64,000 nt of DNA from Hyphochytrium catenoides (GCA_900088475.1 FLMG01002721.1:6017-70016), one strand, 5' to 3'; shown: positions 49,340 through 62,854, counted from the stretch's first letter. The notes: generated by a model from the letters alone, not told the origin. Made by a program: numbers and translations.

Positions 49340-52300
49340 CTAGACTGCGCGGACGGTCGGGGGTGCAGGCTTTTTACCGTCGTTGAAATATCTAACGGCA
49401 GACCTCACCTCTTCAGCGGTCCTTCTGCGCATATCTGATCCATCTTTCCTACCTCCTGGCCGGCTGAATCTGCCCTTAGTCTGACCCTTGCTATCGTCCA
49501 CGTAGCCGCTGTACTCAAGGCTCGCGGCGTCTATGCCTTGGTGTCGAAGTCTGCCGCGAATAGCCTCCTGATCGCCTCGCCGGATTCCTATATCATTCGT
49601 GACTTCCTCCACAGTCTGCAAGACAACATGACAGGGAGAGGAGTTAATCTTCCGTCCACTCTCGTCCATTTCCCTCTATCTCTGGCCCTCTAGTTCCCAA
49701 AGCCTCTGCCTATATATCCGTTTTCCTCACTGATCTCAAGCCGGGAGCCTTACCTGAGAGCCGTCCTTATTAGTCACCAGCACTCTTCTGTTTGATGTGT
49801 TCTCACACCAGCCCTTCCCTCCAGAGATGTGCCAGGCGTTCCTTATCATAAGCTCAAAGTAATCATCGCCGTCAATAGCTGCACTAATGTTCCTATAATA
49901 TTCTTCGAACTCCTCCCGAGTGACTATTTCGTCTCTTTCTCCTGCCGAGCCTTTGCCTCCCTGAAAGTTGTCCAAGAACTCTTTCAAGGCTTGTCCCTTG
50001 GTCATGGTACCGTCTAGGACTTGAGGATGCTGGGAGACGTCATATGCCCCTTCTAGATCGTGGAGGTCAACCTGTCCATCTCCCGTTCGATCAAGGATAT
50101 CAAAAGCTTGATGGACAAGCCGGAGTCTTCTCTCGTTCATTGGTCCTCTGAGCCCTATCATCAGCTCATCGAAGTCAATGCTGTTACTCTTGTCCCTGTC
50201 CAGGTAGGTGAAGAGATCATCCAACTCTCGGGCATTGAGCAGTAGACCCTGCCCGGCAAGACCACTCTTCAGCTCTTCTCGGGTCAGCTTCCTGTCCCCA
50301 TTATCGTCAAACCTACCGAGTGCTCTCTGTACGGCATGTATCCCATTTCCCCCACAAGACTGAAGAATCTTCAGTCTCAGCCTCTCCACTGTAGAAAGAG
50401 GCTCTGCAACTTCTTTCTTCCCCTTTCCAAAGCGCTCTTGAAAGTGCTCATGCAGCCGGACGAGGTCGATGGTCCCTGAACCATGAGGGTCTAAACTCTC
50501 AGCCAGCTGTTGCGCCACTCTCCTCGAGAGAACCTTCACACTTGAGTCCTTCCTGTTTAGTCTTTGGGTCAGGTCCAGAAGCTGGTGGGCAAAGGCATTG
50601 ACATTCATCTTTTCAGCACCATCGGCAAGGACCCGATTAGCCCCTAGCCTGTTGGTCATCTCCTCCAATGTGAGCGCCTTGGAGAGAGTAGTGGTCCCTC
50701 CATTTGCTGTGATAACTGTCTCTTTGGGCGTGTACAGAAGTTCTTTCAGCTGAAGGATAGCGTCTTTCTCTTCTGGCTCCTTAGACAGACGGATAGTTCC
50801 TTGTTGTCCTCCAGAGGATGGTCTTGATACTGGCCTGCGCGATGTAAGCGCAGGCTGTGGTGGAAGAGCTTCATCACCACTTCCGTTGAGATATCCATCC
50901 CACTCATTGCCCTGATCTTCCTCTAACCTGCTCTTTGCCTTGCTGGTAGTACCTGGAGGGCTGGAGCGCCGTCGATCTATGATCTCTCGGCTAGTTCTTG
51001 CCCTACCGCTATGTGTAGAGAGGGATCGTCTCTCATTATATCTGAGTTGTTCTTCGGCCGCGAGCTCCCTCCGTCTCACTGTGTCACGTCCCCCAGGAGA
51101 TCTTAGTTCCTGGGTTTCGACTTCCTGATGTCTTTCTGAGTGGCGTTGGGGCGCCTTGTCGGCCCTCCTCCCTTGGCGATTATGCTCATCCATTCCGTAC
51201 CTCGTATCTCTCGCAGTGCCACGCTCATCTCTTCTCCCTCCTCCTCCTACTTCTCCGAGAAGGCCTGGCCTCTTCTCTGGCTTCCTAGGCTTTTCCGTGG
51301 CATCAATAGAGCCGTAATATCCCAGCTTCTCCCCCTGCCGTACTCGGTTGTCTTGCTGCAGCTTGTTCCTGATGGCGGCCTCATCTCGGCCTCTAATCCT
51401 GATATCATTTCTTACCTCTTCCACTCTCTCATTTCCATCTTCCCCTTGTACTAGCACCCGCCTGTTACTGCTGTTTGCTGCTGCGCCCTTCCCTCCCGCT
51501 ATGTGCCAAGCATTCCGGATCATTAGCTCGAAATATCCATCATCGTCTATCGACGCGCTAACATTTCGATAGTACGCATAGAACTCCTCTCGAGTAATAA
51601 GGTTGTCATAGTTGTTGCTAATATCTGGACGCTCCCACTGCTGCATAAACTCCTTTACGACCTGCTCCTTCGTCTTCCTCCGCGCCACCACGTCAGGGTG
51701 CTTGCTAGCATCATATAGCTCTAGCATCTCTTCAAGAGAGACCTCATCGTTCCCATTCACATCCAGCTGATCGAAGGCAAGGTCTATCAGTCTCTTGCGG
51801 ACTTCATTCAGCTCCCCTCTGAGACCTGAGAGGAGCTCATCAAATGATACTGAACCTGAGCCGTCATTGTCTAAGAAATGGACGAGGATGTCCAGCTCCT
51901 TGGGGGAGAGGTCAATGCCAAAGTCCCTTAGTCCATAGTTTAGCTCCTCAGCGGATAGCTTCTTATCCCCGTTATTGTCTAGGATACGGAAGAGACGAGC
52001 GATGGTGTGGAGCCCATTGGCACCGAGGCGCGCGGTCAGAGTATCTCGGATGCGGGCCAGTACCTTCTGCTCCTTCTCCTGCTCTTCTTCTCCGCCGAAT
52101 ATCCCGACCAAACTAGTCTCATTTCTTCTAGCAGCCGATGGGCGTCCAAACACCACTTCGTCATCTTGTCGTGAGGAGATACCATGGTGTCTGACGGACC
52201 CAGAAGAGAGCGGCCGGACGGATCCTTGAGCCGATCTTGGCCGTAGGCTCGGTCCGAGAGGATGTTTCCCTGAGCTCGGCCGTACCTGGGCAGGGCGTAC

Positions 52301-53500
52301 ACCTGCAGATGGTGGCCTCCTCATAGGAGTCGAAGAAGTAGATAACTTCCGTGGCTCTTCGTCTCTCTTTGCCCTCCTAGCCTTGGTATCCAGTGCTGCT
52401 CTCAGCTGTTGTGACCATGATGCTTCAATGGTACCATTTGGAGTGAGCAGCAGCTCCAGAGCCGGTGCCAGACTAAGCCGGACAGACTTCCTCTTCTTGG
52501 CATGCTCACCTGCGACTGCTATGATGGCCTGGACAGTTTGCTGTAGGTGCTCACGGTTAAGAGAAGATCTCTTGGCCAGCTTGGACCAGTTCATCTTCGC
52601 AATCGGCGTCGGTGCTATAGGACGTGGGAGAGGCATACGGCTAATCAGATATCACGCGGAGAAGGCATCGAGAGCAGGGTTGCGCACAGAGTGGTGGGAA
52701 GCTGGCGAGACGGAGGCGTGACAAGAAAAGCTGATGAACTCGCTGTAAGGGAATTGGACGAGCATGTGGTTGAAGAGGAAGTACCGATATGAGCAGGAAG
52801 GAATCGCTAAAGCACACTAACTGCAAGACCAAGGAGGCCAGCTTAGGCGTTCGAGAACAAAGGAATCGTAAGCTGGCTAGAAGGAGGTAGCGCGCGTAAT
52901 AGAAGTTCAATGTTGCCTCTTGCTTAGAAGGGGGTGAGTAGAACTAACCCAGGGGAGGAGGAGACTGCTGCTTGACATTGTACTGCTGTTGGAATCCATT
53001 AGAAAGAATGAACACCAAGGTCCCTGCTTTGGAAATAGCGAAAGTCCCTAGGCCTTCAATGTTCAGTGGCTGGAATTCAAGAAGATGGTGGAGGACGTAA
53101 TCTGACAGCTCTTTCCAGGCCTTTAAGGTGTCGTCCTACGTCGTACGGCAAATCGTCAGAAACACAGGTGAAAAGTACTGGCAGAAAGGACAGCTGTGCT
53201 GGGGTTGAAAGAACCGGAACAAACGCGATGCAACGCCTCGCCATGTGCCAACACCTGTAGTAATGAAAGGACTCACCAATGAAAAGAGTTTCACACGCTC
53301 TTGAGCCTGGCAGACAAGCTCGGCAAGCGTCAGATCTGGAGCGCTCTGCGTTGGGGCCATCCTTCCTTCTGGAAGGCTACCAATCAGCTGAGCTTCAGCC
53401 TCCCACGTGGGCCTGAAGAATTAAACTTGTGACTCTTCTCAAAGCTCAATAAACCCCTTGTTCTCCACGTCCAGGATGGCGCATCCGCGCCCATTCTCAT
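49340..53500 (-). CDS. Calcyphosin-like multi-EF-hand protein with N-terminal HU/CCDC81-like domains; start at 53360 or 53500
   Basis: Two calcyphosin modules (DNNGDKKLS, DNDGSGSVSFDE, YYRNVSASIDDDGYFELMIRNAWHI, NRRVLV). Upstream exons (one ending at 53277, then 52949-53135) splice in frame into the exon starting at 52614 and encode an HU-like helix-helix-'NIEGLGTF' unit. Confidence 0.8.
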
Positions 53501-54002
53501 CAACAAACGCCTCCGCCGCTGCTCTCCCTACCGTCTGACTCTGTAGGTGAGAAGCTCCGTCACAGGCTGACTGGAGCACTGATGAGCCGCCAACCGCCGA
53601 CCAAACCATCCACAGAACAGAAAATGTAACGACCTCTTCCCGAACCTAATGATTACTTATGTTAGATCTATATGTGATTAATCAATTAAGGTTGGCGCCA
53701 CCTCCAACCCCCGTTCCCGCCAAATGATTTGTATGAAAAGCTCTTCTTCCCATCAGAGCTCCTCCGATCCTTTGACTCGAGCAGAGCTCAAGAAGGCATT
53801 GTCTGGAGCTCTGGGAGTATGTAGGAGAGTGAAGCGTTGCAGACTGAAAGCACCTGTGGATGGAAGTTGCATTTGCAATCGTTCTTAAGACTAGCATCTG
53901 TGCCGTTTTAGCTGTTAAAGACCGTGATAACTTATTGCACAAGACCAAGCTTAGCGTTTGTACATATTCTTGGCTCTGGGAAACTTCATAACATAGAGAG
54001 GA

Positions 54003-57000
54003 ATGGGGCCAGCTACAGGACAGAATGCCGCAGCCCTACAGCGAGACATTGTTCGCAGCTTTCGCATGGAAGGGCTAATCCCTCAAGCTGCCTCGGTTAA
54101 AGCCTTGATATCCGTACTGTCAAGGTAAGCTGCGAGGATTCTGTGGTAGAGGAAGAGCGCTCCTAATCCGCGTACCTGTGCCTAATATTGTCAGGGAGCA
54201 AGACAGTGATGCCGCATTGGAAGTGATAGTCCGTGCCATAAAGGAGAGAATTGAGCGCAGAGAAGGTACGCAGGAAGAGATTCTCATCGGTCTTAAAGCT
54301 TAGCACTTATGAGGGCAATTCGCTGTCTAACCGGCAGTGTTCTTTAGTGTCGTCCGCGCTAGTCACCGTGGAGCTGATAGAAAAGATTGTCGCGGACCTC
54401 ACACAGACAGATGAAGATGTTGGAGCCCAGGCATTGCAGGTTGGAACGCGCACAGCAATCCCGAGATAAAACAGCCTCTCTCTCTTGAGTCGTACGCCTA
54501 CCCTGCACATTCACTCACCTATCAGTCCCGCAGTCTATCGCGTGACCTTAATTGTGGGTCTGACCTGGCCCATTCCTTCTAGGTGTTTGACTCCTTCAAG
54601 ATTCCTGCGCTCCGGTTTGACAGCGTTATAAGAAAATATCTATTGGAGGAAGGCCCCCGACGGCTGTTCGGAGATCCTGCGACTAAGACAGCCATGTTTC
54701 GAGAAAGGTACTCATTGGCTCTGAATTCCTTAGGTCTATAGGCATTACTTGCTTACTCCATTGCAGATCTGTCCCTAACTGCTCTTTCGCTACCAGTTGT
54801 TCCACTAGTTCAACTGATAGATGAACTTCTCTCTTGGCTCACTTTTAGGTTCAAACTCATGCAGCAGAGAGTCAAGCGATGTTCAATCTTCTCGCCGCCT
54901 GTGATACGATCGGCCGAGGCTTCCTATATTGAGGTCTGTGTAGATGCTCTATCGTGTGACCTGTGTATGACCATAATCGTTGACTTTTGCAAGTGTAGCT
55001 CAAGGCCGTTGAGTCTCTCTTTGGCCATAAGGGGCAGGTGCGCGTGCTTGGAATGCTAGTGAGAGGCCAAAATGGCACCTTCGTGCTGGAAGATCTTACC
55101 GCAACGGTGGCGCTAAACTTTTCTGAGGCCGTAAGATTGCTCCTCATACTGGTTTCGTCCTAGTGATAGTGGCTAAGGCTCTGCACTGCTCTGTCACCGT
55201 CTTCGCGCCCGTCCAGCAACCCACAAGTGGCCTAATCACAGAGAACTGCATAGTCCTAGTGGAAGGAGTGATGCAGGGCGAGGTGCTGCATATCCATGTA
55301 TGGTAACTCTCGTCTGCAGAGATTCTTCGCGTCCTCATTTCTTCATCGCTCCTTGTGAACTGTTCTGCGGGTTTCCTGCAGTCAATAGGCTTTCCTCCTC
55401 CTGAGCCACGGGCACAGACTGTGGCTTTGCTGGGCCAGCAGGATGCCCTCGGCCTCAAAATAAGTGCACAAAGACTGCGGGAGATGAAGGAAATGGAGGA
55501 GCGAGCAGAAGATAGCATGTTTGTCATTCTGTCGGACGTGCACCTAGACCAGCCAAAAGTAAGGGCTTTGTTTCTCCGGCTCCCGGGCTCTGTTAGGGGA
55601 AGCTCTAGCTTTTTCCTTCAGCGTCTCTCCACTGCCATGTTTTTCATGGGATGCACCGCGAACTTCTGCAACCTGCCAAACCTACCTCGCTATCACTACT
55701 TACCGTGCGCATGCCTGTGAACTGCAGGTCATAGAGAAGCTACATATGCTCTTTGAAGGATTCAGTGCGGTAGTACCAACTCTATTTGTCTTGATGGGAA
55801 ACTTCACGTCAGAGCCTATTGGCCACGGTAAGACCACAAGCCGGCTGCATAAGCTGCTTGCTAGCCAAACGCTGCTGTCTGGTTTTGTTCTAGGTTGAAG
55901 CTCCAGGTGCTTGAAGAAGTATAATCGCTCTTGTTTCTTATGTTGATCGTCCATTTCTTGGTAGCCAAGAGCTTGGTTCCGCAGGTCTGTGCTCTCGTCT
56001 GTCTACCTGTGCTTCCTTCACACGTCCAGGAGCACTGGACCTTCCACCTATTGCATTTATCCTTCTCAACTGAGCCTTGCTCTTAATCTTCGCTCTCGTC
56101 ACAGGCGCTCTCAGTATGAGTGACTATCACGGCTGCTTCCAGCGACTCTTGACTGTCATTCAGAGCTATCCTGCTTTGGTTGAAGGATCCGCCTTCCTTT
56201 TCATCCCTGGACCCCAAGATCCTGGCTATGGCAATATTCTCCCTCGGCCGGGGGTGAGCATCCTCCTTCTTCGCTCCCTCTTCCTTCTTCCCACTGGTCT
56301 CCACCTGCAATCCTCCTTCCTTCCCCCCATTCGCCCGTCCCATAATGGATGGCGGCGTCTTGCTGCTCTGCTGCCATGTCAAAAAGTCTCCTCCCTCGTG
56401 AAGCTAACTTGGCGTTTGTAGCTTGCCTCCTTTTTCACTGAAGGTTTGAGGACGAAGCTTCCCCACTGCCATTTCCCCTCAAATCCAGCAAGGTGACTCT
56501 ATATATATCTTCGGTTCCCCTCTGATTCTAGTGCCCTTCAGGTCCATTTTGCGTTGATACATACAAGCTGTATGCTCTAGTTCTTTTGAGAGTCTACCAT
56601 CTGTACAGCTGCCGAGAGTGTCATTGTTCTTGAGCCTTGCGGTACGGTCAATGCTTCGCTCTGCTTATGAGGCTTCTTACGTTGGCTGGCAGGGTTCGGT
56701 TTTATACCAAGGAGTTTGTCTTCTTCCGTGCCGACATTCTGAACAAGATGCGACGACACTGCGTCCTTCCTCCTCAGGATTGTGAGGAACAACACTTGGA
56801 AGGAGAGGAGGAGAATATGGAGGAGGAGGGACAGCAGGATGGAGACAAGGAGAAGAGAAAGAGGAAGAAAATTCAACCGTCGGAACATGTACAAACGATA
56901 TAGCCTACTAACATGCCGTCTTTCTTTCCTTCAATCTCCTTTGGGACTCATGTAGGGGGAAGACGAGAGGGAGAGAGGACACACCTTCTCTCACACCTCT

Positions 57001-57643
57001 CTCTGTTCTTGGGTCTCTGCTCCTCTCTTCCCTAGCCCTTAGCGCTTATTTGTCGTTCTGACGCGCGTCTTTCTTGACTGCCTATTGACCACAGCTGGTA
57101 AAGACTATTGTTGAGCAAGCTCATCTGTGTCCATTACCTTTATCGGCTCGCCCCATCCACTGGCAGTATGACAACGCGTTGAGGCTGACCCCTTTGCCCC
57201 ATGTGGTAAGTCATTGTATTGAGGGCAGGGCTGCTTTATATAGGATTGCGGTGTCCTTGGACCCTCACCTTTCTCTGGCGGGGAGTCAGCTTACCCAGAT
57301 GATGATAATTCACGTCTCGCTCTCTCTTTAGCTCGTCCTAGCTGACCACACGGATCAATATCAGTGGGGGTATGCGGATTCATTAGCTCTAAATCCAGGT
57401 AAACAGCCTCAGAACAAGCCTCTCGAGACATGTGATGCCTGCCCTTTAGCTCCAAGATAAAGATGTCGCCTCAGTGGTCTTATATTCCTGTCTTACATTA
57501 ACACTCACTCTCTCTCTCTCCCCTCTCTCTCTCTCTCTTCCTGCAACCTGTGAAACTTTTTAGGTCCTTTTAACGTGGATTACTCCTTTGTGGTACATCG
57601 AGTCACGGCAGGAGAGACAGAGTTTAGCAGGATCGATGATTGA
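54003..57643 (+). CDS. POLE2: DNA polymerase epsilon subunit 2 (DPB2), multi-exon
   Basis: [108 protein letters not shown]. Confidence 0.93.
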
Positions 57644-57855
57644 TAGCCTTGCGTCCACAAACCCCATATCCCGGGCACCCGGTGCCTTACTCCGCTTAAC
57701 CTTGTACACTAATTCAGCTGACCTGAAGCTAAGGACATGTACTATAATCATCTCAGCGTCCACCAGTAACTATTCTAGAGAGATAGTCCGCCATTATTGA
57801 CGTGAGGGCTGGGATCGTAAGCAGCGGACTGATCCAATGCCAACGTATCGGCCGT

Positions 57856-60800
57856 CTACATGTCTTCTTTTTCCTCTGTTTTTCCTCTCTCATCCTGCAT
57901 AATCGATGTTTGTCGTTCTCCTGTCGTCTTTCGTCCAACTCCTCTGTCTTGGACATCTCCGTGGTGCCGGTCTTCAAGGTAGTCTTCTTCTCTTTCACAA
58001 GGCGTCTCAGCCTCTATCCCTTCTTGGGACTGCTCGGGTAGGGAGAAGGCCCTTTTGATAGCCGTAGCCCATTGCCTCCCACAGCTTTCAACATCGACTA
58101 CCTTTGTTTGGTCAAGCTGCTGCATAAGCTGTTCCAAGAAGGAGCTAGTGGACAGGGTGGAGTTATACAAAGATCACACTCGTAAAGACCGTAAGAAAGA
58201 CCTCCTCTTTTAACAGCAAGAGTGCCGCCAACCCCAAAGAACGAAATAGAAGATGGAGGAAGGCTAGAGTATGGAAGATAGAGGAAAGGAGCAGCGCAAG
58301 CAGAGTACTGACGAGCACCAGGCGCTAACTAACAAGAAATAGCTAGTAGAGAGGGGCCAGCTTGAGATGCCCCCTGTAAGAGACTGCCTATTTGCCAGCA
58401 CTGAGCGGTAAGGCAACCGCAAATAGTCAACGAACAGAGGAGACAGGATAAGATTGACTGGGAACCAGAGAGGGTTAACATCACGAGAGCGACGACAAAG
58501 GAAATGGTCATATTTACCAGATGTCAGGACGGTTCTTGAGGGTGAAGTTGTCAGCATCGGGCGTGTCAAAGCCTGGCACCATTGTAAGCACCAGTTCCAG
58601 CACATCTAACAGCGGCAAGCCGTTCAACTGCTTGCGTACGAAGTCAGCCTCATAGTCTGCCAACAAGAAAGGACAGACAGATGAGGACCGTGAGACGTAA
58701 GTGTAGAATCCTCTTTTGGTCAAGCTTTTCATAAGCAATGCTCAATCTTCCTTTTCTAGCTTCCACTATTATCTTCCCAGTCTCTACGACCGTGTCACCG
58801 TTTGACTACGTCAGTTCATGAGAAGAAAGGTCCTCAAGCCTACCGAGGCCCATTCCATGCGAGTATATATTCTCCCCCATCTGAGCTGCCTACTGTTCAA
58901 TCCGCTAGCCCACGTGTCTTACCTTCCTTGAAAATCTTGACCTGACAGACACTGGTAAAGCCTGTGAGCTTCAACGCTTCCACTGCGTCGTCTGCTGAGC
59001 TAATCGATGAACGGCTGGCTTCAAAAGAAGAGGTGCCACGAATGAAGCTTTCCTTAGTGAAGAGCTTCATGAACTGCAGCAGAACCTTGTACGAGGATGG
59101 ATCCGTATATGAGAGTGTCTGATGGTCTCCTGCATAAGACCAAAAAAGTCAAATATCCAACCTCAACAATGAATGACGCGGGAAGTATGAGGACGACAGA
59201 GCAGTCAGACCAGGGCTCGGACGAAGAGACTACGTTACACTGGAAAAGAAAGACACTCGCGGATGGAATCTCCAGGAGAACGTTTGTTTCTTCCGAAAAG
59301 GGCGACCCACCTCGCTTGACAAAGTTCTTAGCAACAAACGCGGCAAAGGCAGGTCCGAAGCAATATTGAGACGAGGGAAGAGAGAACCCCGAGAGCATCG
59401 GTGCGGGGACCATAGCGAGAAACTTAACGGCGACGCCATTGGGAGCATACCTGCCATGAAGGACGATTAGAGCTGACGACACGCTCTCTGCAGGGGCTTA
59501 GGCAAGTGAATGAAAGAGCCTGGAGTACCATTGTCGATGTCTCACCTCTGAAACTTGGTGATCAGCCCTTTCCAAGCCGAAGGTGGATGATTCTTATCAA
59601 TGAGGAGAACTTGGGAATGACCGCTGCGGAGACCGAGCGAACAGAGCTGCGCAGGTAGGTTAGCTTTGACTACCGCAGCCTGCAAAGTAGCTAAAATAAA
59701 CGAACGGGGCCACCTTTTTGTTCAACGAACATTTTGGAGCGCTAAAGCTTGAGACATAATACACACAGAGCAGAGACTGACAGTCATACTTCGTACGGCA
59801 GAGTAGCGGTCTCTCGGTTGCCACGCAGCCTAACGTCTCTCTCCCATCACCTTATTGAACGCCGTCGAAACGCTTCTAGTAAACTCGTCACGAACATCCT
59901 TAGAAAGGGCATCCTCCAGTGTGGCGCTGGAGGTTGGGAGCGAATGGAACAAGAGATAAGCATCGTAAGAGCTCTCTCTGCTGTATCTGTCTCTCCTACC
60001 ATGGAGTGTCCCCATCCCCATTGCCTCTTACCCAGGATTATTCTCCATGAATGAGAGGGTAAAGTCATCAGATGACTTCACTATAAGGGCACCCTTCTTA
60101 AGCCACCGTCCGTCTAGCAGCTCGTCCTAGATGGAAAGAAACCTTTAAGGTACACGCAGAAGAAAACCAAATCCAACATTGTGGAAGCGAGAGAGGCGGC
60201 TCATGAGCGATAGGAGTTAGATGCGATGGGTGAACTGCTCTCCAGGGTCATTGAGGAAGAGTCAGGGAAGAGTCAGTCAAGAAAGGCCGGACAGAGAAAG
60301 CTGAAGCAACAGATATGACGTTTGAGTACACATAGGAGAACACGTACCAAGCGTTTGTTGTCCTGCTCGATGATATCAAAGCAACCGGCTAGCTCCTTCA
60401 GGCAGATGCGGATAGAAGATGTCTTCCCGGAGGCAGGTAGCCCAATGGGCACAACGACCTGTGGCCATACAAGAATGAGACACGTGATAGATATCCTCTT
60501 CTGAACATGAAAAGATGATAGACGCAGATCTCGGCAGTAAAGGAATGTTCCTATGCATATCGAAGACGATTCAAGGGAAAAATAAGAGAGAGAAGAAAGG
60601 AGCAGTCAAACGATAACACTTTTAGAAAGTCAATGGAGCTCTCGGACCAGCACTGTGGCTCGCGGCCCTTTGCGTTGCCGCCAACGTGAGTTCCGGGCGT
60701 GGTAGTTCTGCGGCCCATAGCTCTGTCTTCCTTGTCCCGGGTCTCGGTGATTGGACGAGCCGTACGGATAGGAGTAGGCCCCATATGACTGATAGCGTTC

Positions 60801-62591
60801 TACCAGGCAAGGTATGGAGGGGAAGAACCCCCAGCAAGTGCCGAGGCGGGGCGATGCAGATGGGAGACAGAGAGAGAGAGAGGCCACATAAATAAGTGAG
60901 ATGAGATCCTTGCCGTGTTGATCTACCAAGCTACATAGGACCTAGATTCATAATCTTTCGCTTAGAATACTTGCACACATGGAGAGAGATATTTGAGATA
61001 CGCGCACCTCCTTCCCTTGCGCTCTGCGTGGATCTGGTTCCGTACCCCTGCCTTTGGTCCTGGGGATGATAGTACGGCTGGTACTGTCCTTTAGCCTGGT
61101 AGGATTGATAGCGCTGATGTCTCTCCTCTCTCCATCCTCCCTCCCTTCCTCTATTATAACCATGATAGGAAGAAGAGTATTGGTACGACTCCACCATTGT
61201 ATGTGACGCCACCACTGTGTCCTCCTGCTCTCCAGTCACGAGCTCCCCGCATCCTGGAGGTCCCTGAGTCGGATGGTATGCTTCAGAGAGAGACACAGCT
61301 GTCTGAAAGCCTCCATTCACTCGTCCAGATGTGGTGCGGGTCTTCGTCCGGCTGTCATAAGAGATCCTTTCTTCTCCTCTTTCCATGGGCCCACTCTCTT
61401 GTGTGACTCTTTTCGCTTGTTCGTCCTCTGATCCATCAACTGCTCGGTATGTACCTCGTCCACCTCTATGTCCCCTTCCTTGACCCCTCCAATAGCCTCT
61501 ATAAGAGCCTCTGCTTCCTCCTTGTGCGCGTTCTTCTCTGGAGGGAAGGACGTAGCTACTGTCTTCCTCTTTCAGCGCTTCTCCGCTTTCTCGCCCGTTC
61601 TCACGTTCACGAGAGGCACTATAGGCCTGCTTTCCGTAGGTGTTGCGGCCCCATCCTTTTTCATGACCGCTGCGGCCCCAGCTGCCTCTCCCATTCCGCT
61701 GTCCTGTGCCCTGACATTCGGCTTCTGACTCTCTCTCTCTCCTAATCTCTCTCTTCTGATCACCGCTCTCCTCGTCACGACCTCCGTCGCGTCCTGCTGT
61801 CCTCTCCCCTTGTGCTCTCTCCTTCTCAGTCGCTCCCTGGTCAGAATTAGTCTCCCATCTTCTCTTGCCGTTGCCATAGGAATACGGGTTTCTCCCGTCT
61901 GGTCTTCTACCGTTTCCTGCTTCAGCGTAGGACGTGGCCTGTTGCCGTCCTCTCCCTCTCCCTCCTCTCCCTCTTCTAGCGGGGATGTTCTCTCTTAATG
62001 TGCCGGGTCCCTCTGCCCTTCTAGACAAGGAAGGACAACTTCCTCGCTCTTCCTCTTCAGAAACGCTGTCAGGACGGGCCTTCTCCGTCGTCTCTGTCTC
62101 TCGGGTCTTTCCTGGTAGAACACCGCCAGTCAAGCGTAGCGCAAGGGTTCACGTTAGATAAGAACATTTACCGAAGAGCTGTGAAGAAAGAGAATGGGAG
62201 GATCTACAGCGGTGATAATGCTAGTTAGAGACGGAACTGAAAATGGAGAAGCGACAGCAGCTCAGTGAATCCTCGAACCTACCCGCGCGCGGGGCAGGAA
62301 GCAGGGAGAGAGAGAGAAAAGAACCAGGGACACAGGGTGAAGAAAGAGAACAGAATGTATTAGAGAAGAGACGCAACAAGTCCTTGTCTCAAGGGGAAGA
62401 GCTAAGAAAGCGTCTTTTCTCTAAGCACCTGCTGCTCCGGCAAGAACTTCACTAGGAGACATCATCATAGGAGAGGAGGCGACAGGGGTGAGAAGAATCT
62501 TCTCGCCCTCCACGCTCCGCAGGCGGCCGATAGGTGGTGGAAGGCGGGCGCCTGCGTCCATCTGGTCATCTGGAACGAAGTCGTCAGCCAT
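57856..62591 (-). CDS. Protein with a long Arg/Gly/Glu-rich low-complexity N-terminus and a C-terminal P-loop kinase domain resembling the tRNA-ligase (Trl1/RNL) kinase module
   Basis: Phase-consistent exons 60348-60458 (VVVPIGLPASGKT), 60032-60126 (VKSSDDF), 59851-59926, 59546-59679 (VLLIDKNHPP) and the next exon (VKFLAMVP...YCFG). Start codon is inferred. Confidence 0.6.
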
Positions 62592-62854
62592 TCTCCCTGC
62601 CCCAAGGACAGACGAGGATGTTTGAGACCCGCAGCAGGCAAGCTGTAGCTCAGAGCGCTAGCTTCCAGGGTAACCGTATTGCGCTGTAGCGAGCAAAGCA
62701 ACAGTCGTGGCATGAAAATGAAAAGTGAGAGAAAGGGAAGCTTGTGGTCGTCGCTCGATCCCAATGCTCGAATGTAGGCTTCCGCTAGCTATCAACTCTC
62801 GACATGGCGCCGAGGAAAGTTTACGTCCTCGAAGTGCTGGCAGGAGAAAGACGA

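Noticed and set aside
52614-52636. ATG at 52636 as the start of the calcyphosin-like protein
   Set aside because: It lies in intron sequence just upstream of a good acceptor (cctatag), and upstream exons splice in frame.
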